64,000 nt of DNA from a virus. Its lineage: Duplodnaviria; Caudoviricetes. The position numbers and the translations under genes were made by a program. The DNA lies in IMG/VR virus record IMGVR_UViG_3300028833_000101, positions 1-64,000 of that record, one strand, 5' to 3'. The stretch's first letter is position 1. Every line of letters starts with the position of its first letter. The notes below the pieces were generated by a model, which did no database searches, was not told the origin of the DNA, and saw only the letters and a list, made by a program, of their open reading frames with translations. Positions 22,626 through 33,188 of the stretch are shown one piece after another.

Positions 22626-23321
22626 ATGATTAAGTTTGAAGATTTACAATTTATGTCAATAGGAAGCAATTGTGTATATCTTGCTTGCTTTGATAAAAAG
22701 TCTAGATTAAAGGGACCGCTTGACAATGTAGCCTTAAAAAGTGTTAATGGATTAAAATTAGCTATTAATAATGAATTATATAATTTTGTAAAAAATAATG
22801 TCCCACAAAAACGTCATAAGAACCCCAATGAATTTCGTATTGGTGACTGCGAATGAGAGTCTCTTTATCCAAATAAAACAATTTGTTTTGTTCATAATAT
22901 TCCAGAAGGTGAAAAATTTTTTACAGAGTTCAAAATTAGATGTGATAGACTATTTAAGTATTTAGTAGATATAAAAGAAAATAATAATAAATGATTAATT
23001 TTTACTTTAAATGGAAACTTTGTAAAGTATAATACCGGAGACTTAATAGATGAAGCTTTAAGTAATATACTTAGCTATCTATCAGAAATAGGACTGTTAT
23101 CAAAAACAATTATTATTGGGTCAAGAGTTTTACAAAGTGACTATAAAGTATTTGATCATCACCTAAATAAGAAGTCTTTTAACAAAATAAAAGAAAAATT
23201 CCCACATTTAAACTATATAGAACTTACTGATGTAAATGCTTGGGAACCAGAAAATACAATTAAACAATTTAAAGAAAAAATGCCTAAGTTTGTTGAAGCT
23301 ATATTAGCAAGAAAGGAATAA
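22626..23321 (+). CDS. Putative papain-like (DUF1796-type) protein, 231 aa
   Basis: FMSIGSNC...GPLDN...FVHN...RCDRLF pattern resembles DUF1796 (SLGxxC, PFD, H, RxxR). Frame open through TGAs to TAA 23319-23321. Confidence 0.5.
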
Positions 23322-23323
23322 TT

Positions 23324-25171
23324 ATGCCAAAACTAACTATTATTGTACCTATTTATAACGTAGAAAAATATTTAACAAAATGTCTTTTATCTATTCAAAA
23401 TCAAACATTTAAAGACTTTGAATGCTTAATGATTGATGATTGCTCACCAGATGACAGCTGAAAAATATGTGAACAATTTGAGCAGTCAGATTCAAGATTT
23501 AAATATATTAAAAGACCACAAAATGGCGGTTTAGGTGCCGCAAGAAACACTGGCCTAGATAATGCAACTGGTAAATATATTTCATTTATTGACTCAGATG
23601 ACTCAATACAGCCAAACTTTTGTGAAATATTATTACCTTATGCAGAAAAATATGGCTGAGTTCGTTCTGGACGTCATGGAGTAAATGAAGCTGGCAAAGA
23701 AACTAAAGTTTTTAATATTGAAGAGGGCTTATATACTACAAGTGATAAGCCATTTAAGATTTTAACAGGTGACCGTAAATATGAAATATCTACAGTATGT
23801 AGCTGTATTTATAAAAAAAGTATTATTAAAAAATTACGTTTCGATACCTGTAAATATGGAGAAGATTATATCTTTTCATTAGAGCTTTTTGCTAAATATG
23901 GCCAAGTATATTTTAAAGAAGTTTATTTATATGACTATTTACAAAGACAAGACAGTTTATCTGGAAGTAAAACTGTGAATAAATTTCAAATTTTAACATT
24001 TTTAAATAGTTTTTGCTCTATGCTAAGACGTATTAAAAAAGTTAAAAATTATGATAAACTAAAAGAAATTTATACTAATAATTTTGAAAATCGTGCCTAT
24101 GTAAAAGAACTTTGCCATAATGGTATTGACTTTGTATTTCCATTTGTAGACAGCACCGATCCAGCATGACAAAAGCAATACTTAGCAGCAAAAGGTGAAA
24201 CGCTTACTAATCAAGAGTCAAACGGTATTACTAGATTTAGACCTAATAATTATTTAAAATATTTATTTAGAGGCTTAGAAAAATACCTACCATGGATTAA
24301 TAAAATTCATCTAATTGTTGCAAGTGAAGCCCAAATACCGAGCTGACTAGATAAAAACAAAATTCATATAGTTTTACATGAAGATATTATTCCAGCTGAA
24401 TTATTACCAACATTCAATAGTTCAACTATAGAGTGTTTCTATCATAATATTATTGGATTAAGTGATAGGTTTATTTATGGTAATGATGATATGTTTGCAT
24501 TAAATTATTGTGCAGAAACTGACTTTTTTGATGGATTTACTCCAAAAATAGAAATGCGTAAAATGACAAATGTAAATGGACAAGAAATTTGGCGTAGAAC
24601 TAATATAAATGCTTTTAGGCTTGCAACTGGTTTAGATGAATTAAAAATTGGTTATTATATGGCACCAGAACATGGATTTGCTGCTTATACAAAAGAGCTA
24701 GTTCATAAATTTAATAAACAGCATTATCAAGAATTATATAAGTCATGTACTCAATTTAGAGAACCATATAACATGAATATCTATTTTTATGCTGATTGAC
24801 TTTGGGCAAATAATAAACTCGAAGACTCACCAATTAAATTTAAGTATATTTGAAATAAATGTCCTACTGAACAGATCAAAGAATTTTTTGCATATGCAAG
24901 AGTTGTATGCTTAAATGATACCGACTTAGAGCAAAATCCAGAAACTATTAAACTAATTAATTCTTTATTTGAACAAAAATTTCCAGAAGCAAGCGTTTAT
25001 GAATTAAATACTACAAAAACAAGACTCACACATCCACAACTCTTTAAATTTGCATCCGCAAGAGTTCAAGAGTCTGCATCAAAAAAACAACAGACTAACG
25101 GATCAGCTACCGGGGCTAAAAAAGTAAATTCAGTGTCTGATGGCAAACCTGGCTGTTATTTATACTTCTAG
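23324..25171 (+). CDS. GT2 glycosyltransferase fused to a Stealth-family hexose-1-phosphate transferase, 615 aa
   Basis: GT2: LTIIVPIYNVEKYL, IDDCSPD, GLGAARNTG, FIDSDD. Stealth: CR1 IDFVFPFVDSTDPAW, CR2 LKYLFRG..KYLPW...LPTFNSSTIE...FIYGNDD, CR4 CLND...FPEASVYE. Confidence 0.88.
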
Positions 25172-25182
25172 GAGGTAGATTT

Positions 25183-25965
25183 ATGAAAAAAGTATTTGGC
25201 ATACCAAGCTGACTTCCTGATAAAGAACCAAATAGAACGCAAAGAAAAGAGCGTATTAATAGATTATTTAAGCAGCTCAATGACCTTTGGCCTAACATTG
25301 ATATTTTAGTTATTGCCCAAAATTGGCAAGATTTTAAGCCAATTAAAACAAAAAACAAGCAGATAATAAAAACTTATGAACCACTTGGAATCTTAAAAGC
25401 CAGACAAATGTTAAGAGAAGAATTCCTAAAGCTAGATTATGATTATATAATTATGTTTGATGATGATGCCATTATAAAATGTGATAATGATCATGCTCAT
25501 TTAGATTTTATGAAAGAGGTAGATAAACATCCACAAGGTTTTTGTTTTATTCATGGCAAAAATAGTAAGTATCACCCATATATTGGTGCACAGCTAAATC
25601 TATGTGCAATTTCTAGATTTATTTATGAAAATGAGCCAATGGTCCCAATTGATCCACAAAAGAATGAAGGATATGAGGATAGCATATTTGCCTGTTTATT
25701 ACATCACAAATGAGGTAAATATGAGTTTAATCCGCCTGCAACCATTAGGCCGATACAGTTTCAAAATTATCAAGAAAAAGTTCCATCTACGTGAGCAGAA
25801 GAAAAAAGACCATTTTATAGAATTACCGACAATACAAACAGAATTCAAGAATATATTGTAAGATATAAAGCATTTCCTAGCAACTATAGAGACTTAATTG
25901 TTATAGATAGAAAGCAACCGGAATATATGGCTGATGGCAGGAAAGACTGCTTCTTATACTTTTAA
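25183..25965 (+). CDS. GT-A fold glycosyltransferase-like protein, 260 aa
   Basis: LGILKARQML...YDYIIMFDDD (DxD), GYEDSIF; RBS AGGAGG; ends TAA 25963-25965. Confidence 0.7.
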
Positions 25966-25982
25966 ATTTAATGAAAAATAAA

Positions 25983-26010
25983 AGAAGCTCAAATAATGAG
26001 CTTTTTATTT
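25983..26010 (+). terminator. Intrinsic terminator
   Basis: aagctc-aaataat-gagctt plus T tract. Confidence 0.75.
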
Positions 26011-26026
26011 ATGTTTAATCTTATTA

Positions 26027-26043
26027 TTTGCTAAATTAATTGA
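26027..26043 (+). promoter_or_regulatory. Putative late promoter (TTTGCTAAATTAATTGA)
   Basis: Motif copy after a terminator, upstream of the neck gene. Confidence 0.7.
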
Positions 26044-26074
26044 TAAGTTGCCAATAAGGAGGAGTTTATAACCA

Positions 26075-26797
26075 ATGACAATACAAGACGTCATAGAAGA
26101 AGTCAAACTCGAACTTACTGGTGTTGTTCTTGAACTTGAAATTGAAGACGAGACAATTAAGCTTGTCGTTAAAAAAGCTTTGCGTGAACTTCAAAGATAT
26201 TGGGATGAAACTACTATTGTTAATATTCCGTATGCTTCATGCATTGATTATACCGGCACGCCACTTGAAAACTCGTCCTCTATTGTTAAGGTCTACAGAA
26301 CTGTTGGAGTAGGAAATTCAGAAGATGCTGGAAATTCTCTAACAATGGACCCTATGTATGCCCAACAATGGATGGTATTCAGTAATGCTGGAACAATGTA
26401 TAATCTTCAAGATTATGTGATGAATTATGCAGCATGGAACACACTAACCCAAGTAAGAAATACCATGTCAACTGATATGGCTTTCAGAGAAGACAAACAC
26501 GCACATAAGTTGTATTTAAATAATAATATGTCAGCCCCTGGCACTGTTGCTGTTGAATATATTCCAAAGCTTACCTCTGTAGAGGATATTAAAAGTGATT
26601 ATTGGCAAGACGTATTAGTAAGAATGTGTTTAGCGTTCACAAAAATAACGTTAGGAAGAATTAGAACAAGATTTAGTCAATCAAATGCTCTTTGGGGCAT
26701 GGATGGTGAAAAACTTCTTGAAGAAGGAAACACCGATTTAAAAGAATTAAGAGAAGTACTTAGAGCGAATAGCAATCTAGTATATCCAATAGATTAA
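26075..26797 (+). CDS. Neck/head-tail adaptor (T4 gp13-like), 240 aa
   Basis: LELEIEDETI..VVKKALREL N-terminus; KITLGRIRTRF...MDGEKLLEEG C-terminus typical of gp13-like proteins; position. Confidence 0.7.
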   Translation: MTIQDVIEEVKLELTGVVLELEIEDETIKLVVKKALRELQRYWDETTIVNIPYASCIDYTGTPLENSSSIVKVYRTVGVGNSEDAGNSLTMDPMYAQQWMVFSNAGTMYNLQDYVMNYAAWNTLTQVRNTMSTDMAFREDKHAHKLYLNNNMSAPGTVAVEYIPKLTSVEDIKSDYWQDVLVRMCLAFTKITLGRIRTRFSQSNALWGMDGEKLLEEGNTDLKELREVLRANSNLVYPID

Positions 26798-26805
26798 GGA
26801 GAAAA

Positions 26806-29562
26806 ATGAAATTTATGGAAAAAGAATCAGTAAAAAAATTTGATCTTGAAGCCGCATTTAAAGCCTTAGATGAAATTGAAATTCCAGTTGCTGAAAAAGG
26901 CATTGCAGCTAATAGAGTAGATCTCAGAGAAAGATTCAATACTAAATCACATACAGAAATCTTAGTTGAAGATTACTATGATGTTAGTAGCTCTGAAGAT
27001 TTGGAAGAAGCTAAAGAAGAACGTGATGGAGAAGTTGCACAAGCTAAATTAGCACGCATTGAAAAAATTGTCGATTTAGATGCTGAAACTGCAGATGACT
27101 TACTTCCTTCATATGTTGGCAAAGTTATTATTCAATGCCCACAATGTATGACACTCTTCTACAAAAATCCTGAAGATATTGAAAAGTCTGAGGAAAACCC
27201 AGATGTTGTTAATATTAATGAAATTTGTCAACACTGTGGCAATTCATCTGGCTATAATTTAATTGGTAAAGTTGATTCAGTTGGTAATGATGAAGCTGAT
27301 AAATATGAAGAAGCTCCAGCAGAAGAAAATGAATTAGACCTAGACTTTGAAGAACCAACTGAAGAAGTCGACGCTGAAGGAACTGGTGATGGTGCTAAAG
27401 TTGATGAAGATGATTTAGATTTAGACCTTGATTTATCAGAAGTTCCAGAAGAAATCCCAGAAGAAACACCAGAAGAAAAGAATGAATCCTTAAATCATTC
27501 TGAAGCTGAAAGAGACGCAGAAGAAGATAGTGAACTTTTTACTGCTCACAAATCTGAAAATTTAACTCTTAATGAAAAAGCTGATACAAAAGCCTATTCA
27601 GTATTTTATAAAGACAAATGTGGCCATCAATTATTTACTGGCACTAAAGAAGAATGTGATACTTATGTAAAAGAGCATTCTGATGATAATATGGTAGTTA
27701 CTCATGGCGGTCTTGAAGTTGTTAACTTAGATGACGCTGGCGTCGATGCACCTGCATTACCAGAGAGCTTAAATAATTCTGAAGCTCAAAAAGATGCTGA
27801 AGAAGGTTCTGAACTTAAAACAGAAAATGAATCAGAAAATCTTACATTAAATGAAGAAGTTGATAAAGATTTAGATAAAAAATTAAAAGCTCATAATGAT
27901 TATATTGCTTATCTACAACAAATGATTAAGCAAGAAGAAGAAGCTTTAAAGAAAACTGATAATGAAGAAGTTAAAGCTGCTATTCAAAGACGTTTAGACG
28001 CATTTAATGCTGATTTAGAAGAAGCATTACCAGATGCAATTAAACCAGTTCCAGAGGTTGCTGAAGCTGGTTTAGCTGATACAGAACCAGCAGAAGAAAT
28101 TCCTGCTGAAGAGCCGACTGAGGTTCAGGCTGAAGAAGAGCCAAAAGAAGATGAAGCTCCTGTTGAAGAAGCTCTAACTGAAGAGACAGGAGAATGCAAA
28201 GTTGTTCTATCTGATAAACCAGAAAAAGAGGTTTTTACTGGAACTAAAGAAGAATGTGAACAAATTGTTGAGAAAAATAAAGAAACCAATACAGCAAAGG
28301 AACATGGCTTAGAAATCATTGAGCCTGCCATTGATGAAAGTTTAAATGCTTCTGATGCACAAAAAGAAGCTGCAGAGGGCTCTGAGCTTAAAACAGAAAA
28401 TGGTTCTGAAAATTTAACTCTCAATGAAGATGTAAATGCTGAAATTGATTCAATCATTGCTTCTTGGGATGTTAATGAAAACTTAAATGAAGAAGGTAAT
28501 TTAGATAAATTACTTGATAGCGATGAATTTAAAACCCCTGTTTCTGAAGAAGAAATTAATGCTGCAAGAGAAGATGCTAAAGAAGAAAGCTTAGAAGAAT
28601 GCGATAAGCAAAAACTTACTGAAGAGCCTGATCCAGAAGTTTCTGCAATCATAGACTCTTGGGAAGAAGCTCCTGTTGAAGAAGGTTATACTGGAAATCC
28701 AGCTGAAAGAACAACTCATTTAGAATATGAAGATAAAGACCCAACTGATGGTAAAGCTGTCCTTCCAGATAATATTGAAAAACAATTAACTGAAGGCGAA
28801 GAATGCAAAGATGGTGAATGCGACAAACCATTAGAAGAATGTGGTGAAAACTGTGAAAAATCTCTTAAAGAAGAAGATGAAGTTCCAGCTGAAGAAGAAA
28901 CTCTAGTAGATGAACCTGTTGAAAAGCCTGTTGAAGGTGAAGAAGCTGTTGAAGAAGAGCCAAAAGAAGAAGTTGAAGAAAAAACACCATTAGATGTTAT
29001 TAAAAATAAAGTTGATATTCATGGAGAAGAAGACACGCTTGTAATTGCTGAAAAAGGTCAATTAGATAATCCAGATGCTCCAAAAATTGAAGTTGAAGCA
29101 ACTGAAGAAGAAAAAGAAATCTTAGAACCTGAATTCCATGAAGAGACATCTGAAGAAACTCCTGTTGAAGAAGTTCCAACTGAAATTGAAGAACCAGAAT
29201 TTAATGAAGATGATATTGATGAATTAGATGAATGTTCTTTAAATAAACACATTGATGAATACTTACATGAGGTTTATTCTAATGTTAAATCTTATGAAAC
29301 AACTGGTTGTGAACTTAAAGAAGGCAAATTAGTTGTTGAAGGTAAAATTTCATTCAATAGTGGTAAAGAAAAATTAACAATGTTTGAATTCTTACCAGCT
29401 TATGGTGAAGGTAAATTATTCTTTGAAGGCTACAATAAAGACTTCTCCGATGAAAAAGCATTCACATTAAACTGCTCAATCAATGAGTCTAAAACACTTA
29501 TTACTGAAAGCTTCGGCTATAAGTATAAAATTAATGAAAACCTTGTTGAAGGCTTAAAATAA
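26806..29562 (+). CDS. Very acidic 918-aa protein with Zn ribbon and internal repeats (probable prohead core/internal protein)
   Basis: CPQC...CQHC; three 31-aa ESLN...ENLTLNE repeats; many LxE sites. Confidence 0.75.
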   Translation: MKFMEKESVKKFDLEAAFKALDEIEIPVAEKGIAANRVDLRERFNTKSHTEILVEDYYDVSSSEDLEEAKEERDGEVAQAKLARIEKIVDLDAETADDLLPSYVGKVIIQCPQCMTLFYKNPEDIEKSEENPDVVNINEICQHCGNSSGYNLIGKVDSVGNDEADKYEEAPAEENELDLDFEEPTEEVDAEGTGDGAKVDEDDLDLDLDLSEVPEEIPEETPEEKNESLNHSEAERDAEEDSELFTAHKSENLTLNEKADTKAYSVFYKDKCGHQLFTGTKEECDTYVKEHSDDNMVVTHGGLEVVNLDDAGVDAPALPESLNNSEAQKDAEEGSELKTENESENLTLNEEVDKDLDKKLKAHNDYIAYLQQMIKQEEEALKKTDNEEVKAAIQRRLDAFNADLEEALPDAIKPVPEVAEAGLADTEPAEEIPAEEPTEVQAEEEPKEDEAPVEEALTEETGECKVVLSDKPEKEVFTGTKEECEQIVEKNKETNTAKEHGLEIIEPAIDESLNASDAQKEAAEGSELKTENGSENLTLNEDVNAEIDSIIASWDVNENLNEEGNLDKLLDSDEFKTPVSEEEINAAREDAKEESLEECDKQKLTEEPDPEVSAIIDSWEEAPVEEGYTGNPAERTTHLEYEDKDPTDGKAVLPDNIEKQLTEGEECKDGECDKPLEECGENCEKSLKEEDEVPAEEETLVDEPVEKPVEGEEAVEEEPKEEVEEKTPLDVIKNKVDIHGEEDTLVIAEKGQLDNPDAPKIEVEATEEEKEILEPEFHEETSEETPVEEVPTEIEEPEFNEDDIDELDECSLNKHIDEYLHEVYSNVKSYETTGCELKEGKLVVEGKISFNSGKEKLTMFEFLPAYGEGKLFFEGYNKDFSDEKAFTLNCSINESKTLITESFGYKYKINENLVEGLK
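27484..28428 (+). repeat. Three dispersed 93-bp repeats (27484-27576, 27763-27855, 28336-28428)
   Basis: ESLNHSEAERDAEEDSELFTAHKSENLTLNE / ESLNNSEAQKDAEEGSELKTENESENLTLNE / ESLNASDAQKEAAEGSELKTENGSENLTLNE. Confidence 0.85.
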
Positions 29563-29636
29563 TAAAATAATTATAATAGGCTGGTTGTAAACAATAATAC
29601 GGCCAGCCTTAATTTCTAAAAAGAAAGGAGCTAATT

Positions 29637-30146
29637 ATGTCTGATAATCCAAATAACTATGGTTTATTATTAAATAAAGATATTAAATTACATAGATTAT
29701 ATTTTAAGCAAATGGTTAAGCTCCTTGGTATCAACTGTATATATAGAGCACCACTACCTGGCAAGACCTATGATGGTCATGGTGATTTAGACACATATTA
29801 TTACAAACCAGAATTAGTTGGATGTATTTTTCAAGAACATCCAGATCAAAAGACATTGAAAAAAATGGGCTGGGTTGCCGAGCTTCAAGAAAGCTCATCA
29901 ATTATTCATGTTCCATATGATCTACCACACATTCAAGTTGGTGCATTATTTATTGTACCAAGCGGTATTGATCAAGCAGAGGGCCGTGTATTTCGTGTAA
30001 TTAGTATGCAAAATATTATGGTATATCCAGCTTCTATTGCTTGTGAAATTGCGCCAGAATACATTGATACCGATGAAAAAACAGTTACAGAAAATTTCAC
30101 TGATACAAACTTTACTGCATTAGTTGATAATGAAGAGGATGACTAA
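29637..30146 (+). CDS. Neck/head-closure protein (T4 gp14-like), 169 aa
   Basis: YFKQMVKLLGINCIYR, TLKKMGW, VGALFIV..FRVI; position in neck module; RBS AAGGAG. Confidence 0.55.
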   Translation: MSDNPNNYGLLLNKDIKLHRLYFKQMVKLLGINCIYRAPLPGKTYDGHGDLDTYYYKPELVGCIFQEHPDQKTLKKMGWVAELQESSSIIHVPYDLPHIQVGALFIVPSGIDQAEGRVFRVISMQNIMVYPASIACEIAPEYIDTDEKTVTENFTDTNFTALVDNEEDD

Positions 30147-30147
30147 T

Positions 30148-31956
30148 ATGGCAAAATTTATTTTACTTGAAAAATATATCTTAAATGAAGATATTTTAGA
30201 AGAAGCAACAGCAACTGATACTGGCACTGCTCTTGTAAGTTCTATTAATAGTGACATCCCAACATTAAAAGCTAATATAGAAGCAATTAAAAATGCAACT
30301 GATGATGCTAAAAGAACAAAAGACTTGACAGATGCACTAAAACAACTTAATAGTGCAGCTGAAGAAATTAATAATACTACTAAACTTCCTGGCGATCATT
30401 CTGTTGAGTTACAATCAGAATTAGCTACTTATAGCACTGCATTGGATAAAGTAGTTACATTAGCTGATAAAATTAATCCGGCTAATAAATACGGCACAGA
30501 AAGACAAAAATTTGATGCTGATATTAAAAAATTTAGAACTGCAGCTGGAAAAACTCCTTGGGGAGAAAAAGAAGTAAATACTGCTATAGCTCGTTGAAGA
30601 ACTATCCATGCAGAAATTGAAGTCACCTTTAAAACTAATGAGTTAACAGCAGATAAATCTGCTATTGTTAAAAAATTAAAAGAAACATGCGATAAAGTAA
30701 TTGCTGAGTGTGATAATGCTAAAGATGCTATTTCATTAGATATTATAACTGAGTTAACAGCTGATGCTGCTACTAAAGCTGCATTAGATTCATATGTTGC
30801 TGTGCTTGATAGCTTATATAAGTCAATTAAACCAATTGTTGACTTAACTGTCCCAACTTCTATAAGATCTGTTAATAATATAAATAAATTACAAAAAGCT
30901 TTAGATTCTATTATAGAAAGCTTTAGTCAATTAATGGCTGATGCTACTGTTGATAGAAGACGTAGAGAAGCCGATAGAGCTGCACATGAACGTGAAGTTA
31001 ATGATGAGCTTGCTAACAGCCAAAAAGCTGATTGGGGAACAATTTATGCTAGACTTCAAAATCCAGATGAACGTAAAGCTTTCTGAGACGGAGATACCTC
31101 TAGAACTGGCCCATTAAAAGATGGTTATTATAAGCTTGAATGAGGAGCTGTAGCAGATCAAGTTAAAGCTCTCGGAGCTAGCTTTACTAATACTTTAATT
31201 GAAGTTGGATGAGATAGTCTTACAAATCCATTTGTTAAATATCTTAAAGATAGAGAATCACTATTAGCCAGCGGTAAAATTAATCTTGAAACCTTTGTGC
31301 CTATTTATAATGCATGGGTAAATCGTATCTTAACACTTAGTGATATTAGAGGCACTGGAACATTTAAAGAATATAATGTTATATTTAATAATGAATTATT
31401 TAATGTAGGCAATGACCTTCAAAATTACTTGAAGCTACAAAATGCAGTAAGACAAAGAGCTAGCGATTTTAATGCTACACTTAAAGGCGAATACAGCAAA
31501 GACCCAGGAAAAATATTAGCCAATTTTATGTATACTGAAGGTGACACTGGTTCTTTGGTAAAAGACCTCGCACCAAAAACTGGCTCATTTAGATCACCAA
31601 CTGCTATTAAGCAGTTATTAGAAATTCATGCTGGTAAGTCTATGGATGATGAAAAACCAGAAATTACATCAGACATCATTGATAGAATGCTTGAAAGAAT
31701 TACCAGTGATGTTACAGCTAAAAAGATGATTTCTTACCTTGTTGATGCTTGAAGATTAAATTATTCTACATATTTGGATGATGTAGAAAAAGCTACTGGC
31801 AATAAATTGTATAGCACTAGAGATTCTGTAAGACCTACTTATTCAGAAACTCGTCAATATGATAAAGATTTAATGCTTGGTAGATATGAATATAGTGGCA
31901 AATCTGTTAAAAAACTTTTATTGGGATTAGCTAAAAAAGCTAATTTAGTTGCATAG
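30148..31956 (+). CDS. Helical hypothetical protein, 602 aa, N-terminus MAKFILLEKYILNEDILEE
   Basis: Four track fragments in one frame joined by TGAs; ends TAG 31954-31956. Confidence 0.7.
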
Positions 31957-31958
31957 TT

Positions 31959-32309
31959 ATGTTTTTTACACAAAAAATCAATAATACAACTATTTTTGGA
32001 CCAGATTTACCTTCTATTACCAGCAGAGCTAAATGAATTGCTCGTCGTAGAATTCTATTATATAAACAAAACGCGCAAGAAAAATTATTAGATAAAACAT
32101 TAAAAAATAAATATAATTCTAATTTAGTTCAAATGTGTCTTCGTATCATCTCAAATGCTAAATTTATGACGAATACAACAGATACTTCTGAATTAGTAAT
32201 TGTTATACCAGACAACTTTTTAGATAAAATTGCAAGTTTTATCACTTATGGAAATGGTAAAATTGCAGGAAGTAATATATTAAAAATTGCACTTGAAAAG
32301 GAGGACTAA
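31959..32309 (+). CDS. Hypothetical protein, 116 aa (missed by track, one TGA)
   Basis: ATG 31959 to TAA 32307-32309, filling the gap exactly; C-terminal FITYGNGKIAGS. Confidence 0.6.
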
Positions 32310-32311
32310 TT

Positions 32312-33094
32312 ATGGCCTGTAGATACTATGATGATCTAATTGTAGCAAAATTACAAAAATGATTGCCAACAAACACTCCATTAAGGGTGTTACGTCCAGA
32401 TGAGTCTAAAAAACTTTTTGAGCTTACTGCAGATGACCTAAATGACAATCCATTTAAATTACCAATTATTGCTCTTTCCAGAAATAATGACATAGAATTA
32501 CTTTCTACAGTAAAATCTCCAAAGTCATATGATGGACTACGATACTATAAAACTGCAGTTCCAAATACTGATCTTACAGGTTTAAAAGGAGAGGAACTAA
32601 AACAAGCAGTTAAAGAAATACCTCAAGGAGCTTATCAATTTAATGTTTTGCCAATTAAACTTGTTTATCAATTAGATATTTTTACAAAAACAGATGAGGA
32701 AAGCGATGAATATGTAAGAAATTTCCTCTTTAAATTGATCAATAACCCTGTTATTAAAATTATAATTCCTTATCAAGACTTAAATATTGAACATATTGCT
32801 AATATTAGAGTCTTGAATACAGTGTCTGATACAAGTGCTATTAGTGAAAGAATATTTAGCGGACAATTTCATAGATGAACGATACAAATGGAATTACAAG
32901 ATGCGTTCTTATTCAGTGTTCCATATAGAAAAAATTGGCGTCTATTTATTGATGGTGTTGATGAGATACCAGCCGGAGCTGATGGTTATCTTGAAATTTC
33001 AGAAAAAATTAGCAAATCTGGTGAAGTGGAAAAATTAGATGTTCCATTTGGTCGTATGGATGAACCAGTACCAGATATTGTAATTAAAAAATAG
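32312..33094 (+). CDS. Tail terminator/sheath stabiliser (T4 gp15-like), 260 aa
   Basis: KLPIIALSR, PIKLVYQLDIFTK; immediately before sheath; RBS AAGGAGG; two TGA=Trp. Confidence 0.6.
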
Positions 33095-33112
33095 CATAAT
33101 ATTATTAATTTA

Positions 33113-33130
33113 TTTGCTAAATTAAATGAA
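33113..33130 (+). promoter_or_regulatory. Putative late promoter upstream of sheath/tube
   Basis: TTTGCTAAATTAAATGA. Confidence 0.7.
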
Positions 33131-33188
33131 GTTCATGGAACTTACACTAAATTAATTAGTCACAAAATTAAAAGGAGACAACAAAAGT

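Noticed and set aside
27040-27052. GCTAAATTA inside the 918-aa gene
   Set aside because: Coding context (A-K-L), lacks the upstream T-run and downstream TGA; likely chance.
29578-29612. Hairpin aggctgg...ccagcct after the 918-aa gene as a terminator
   Set aside because: No convincing U-tract and no promoter motif follows; may be a processing or stability hairpin, so not called.
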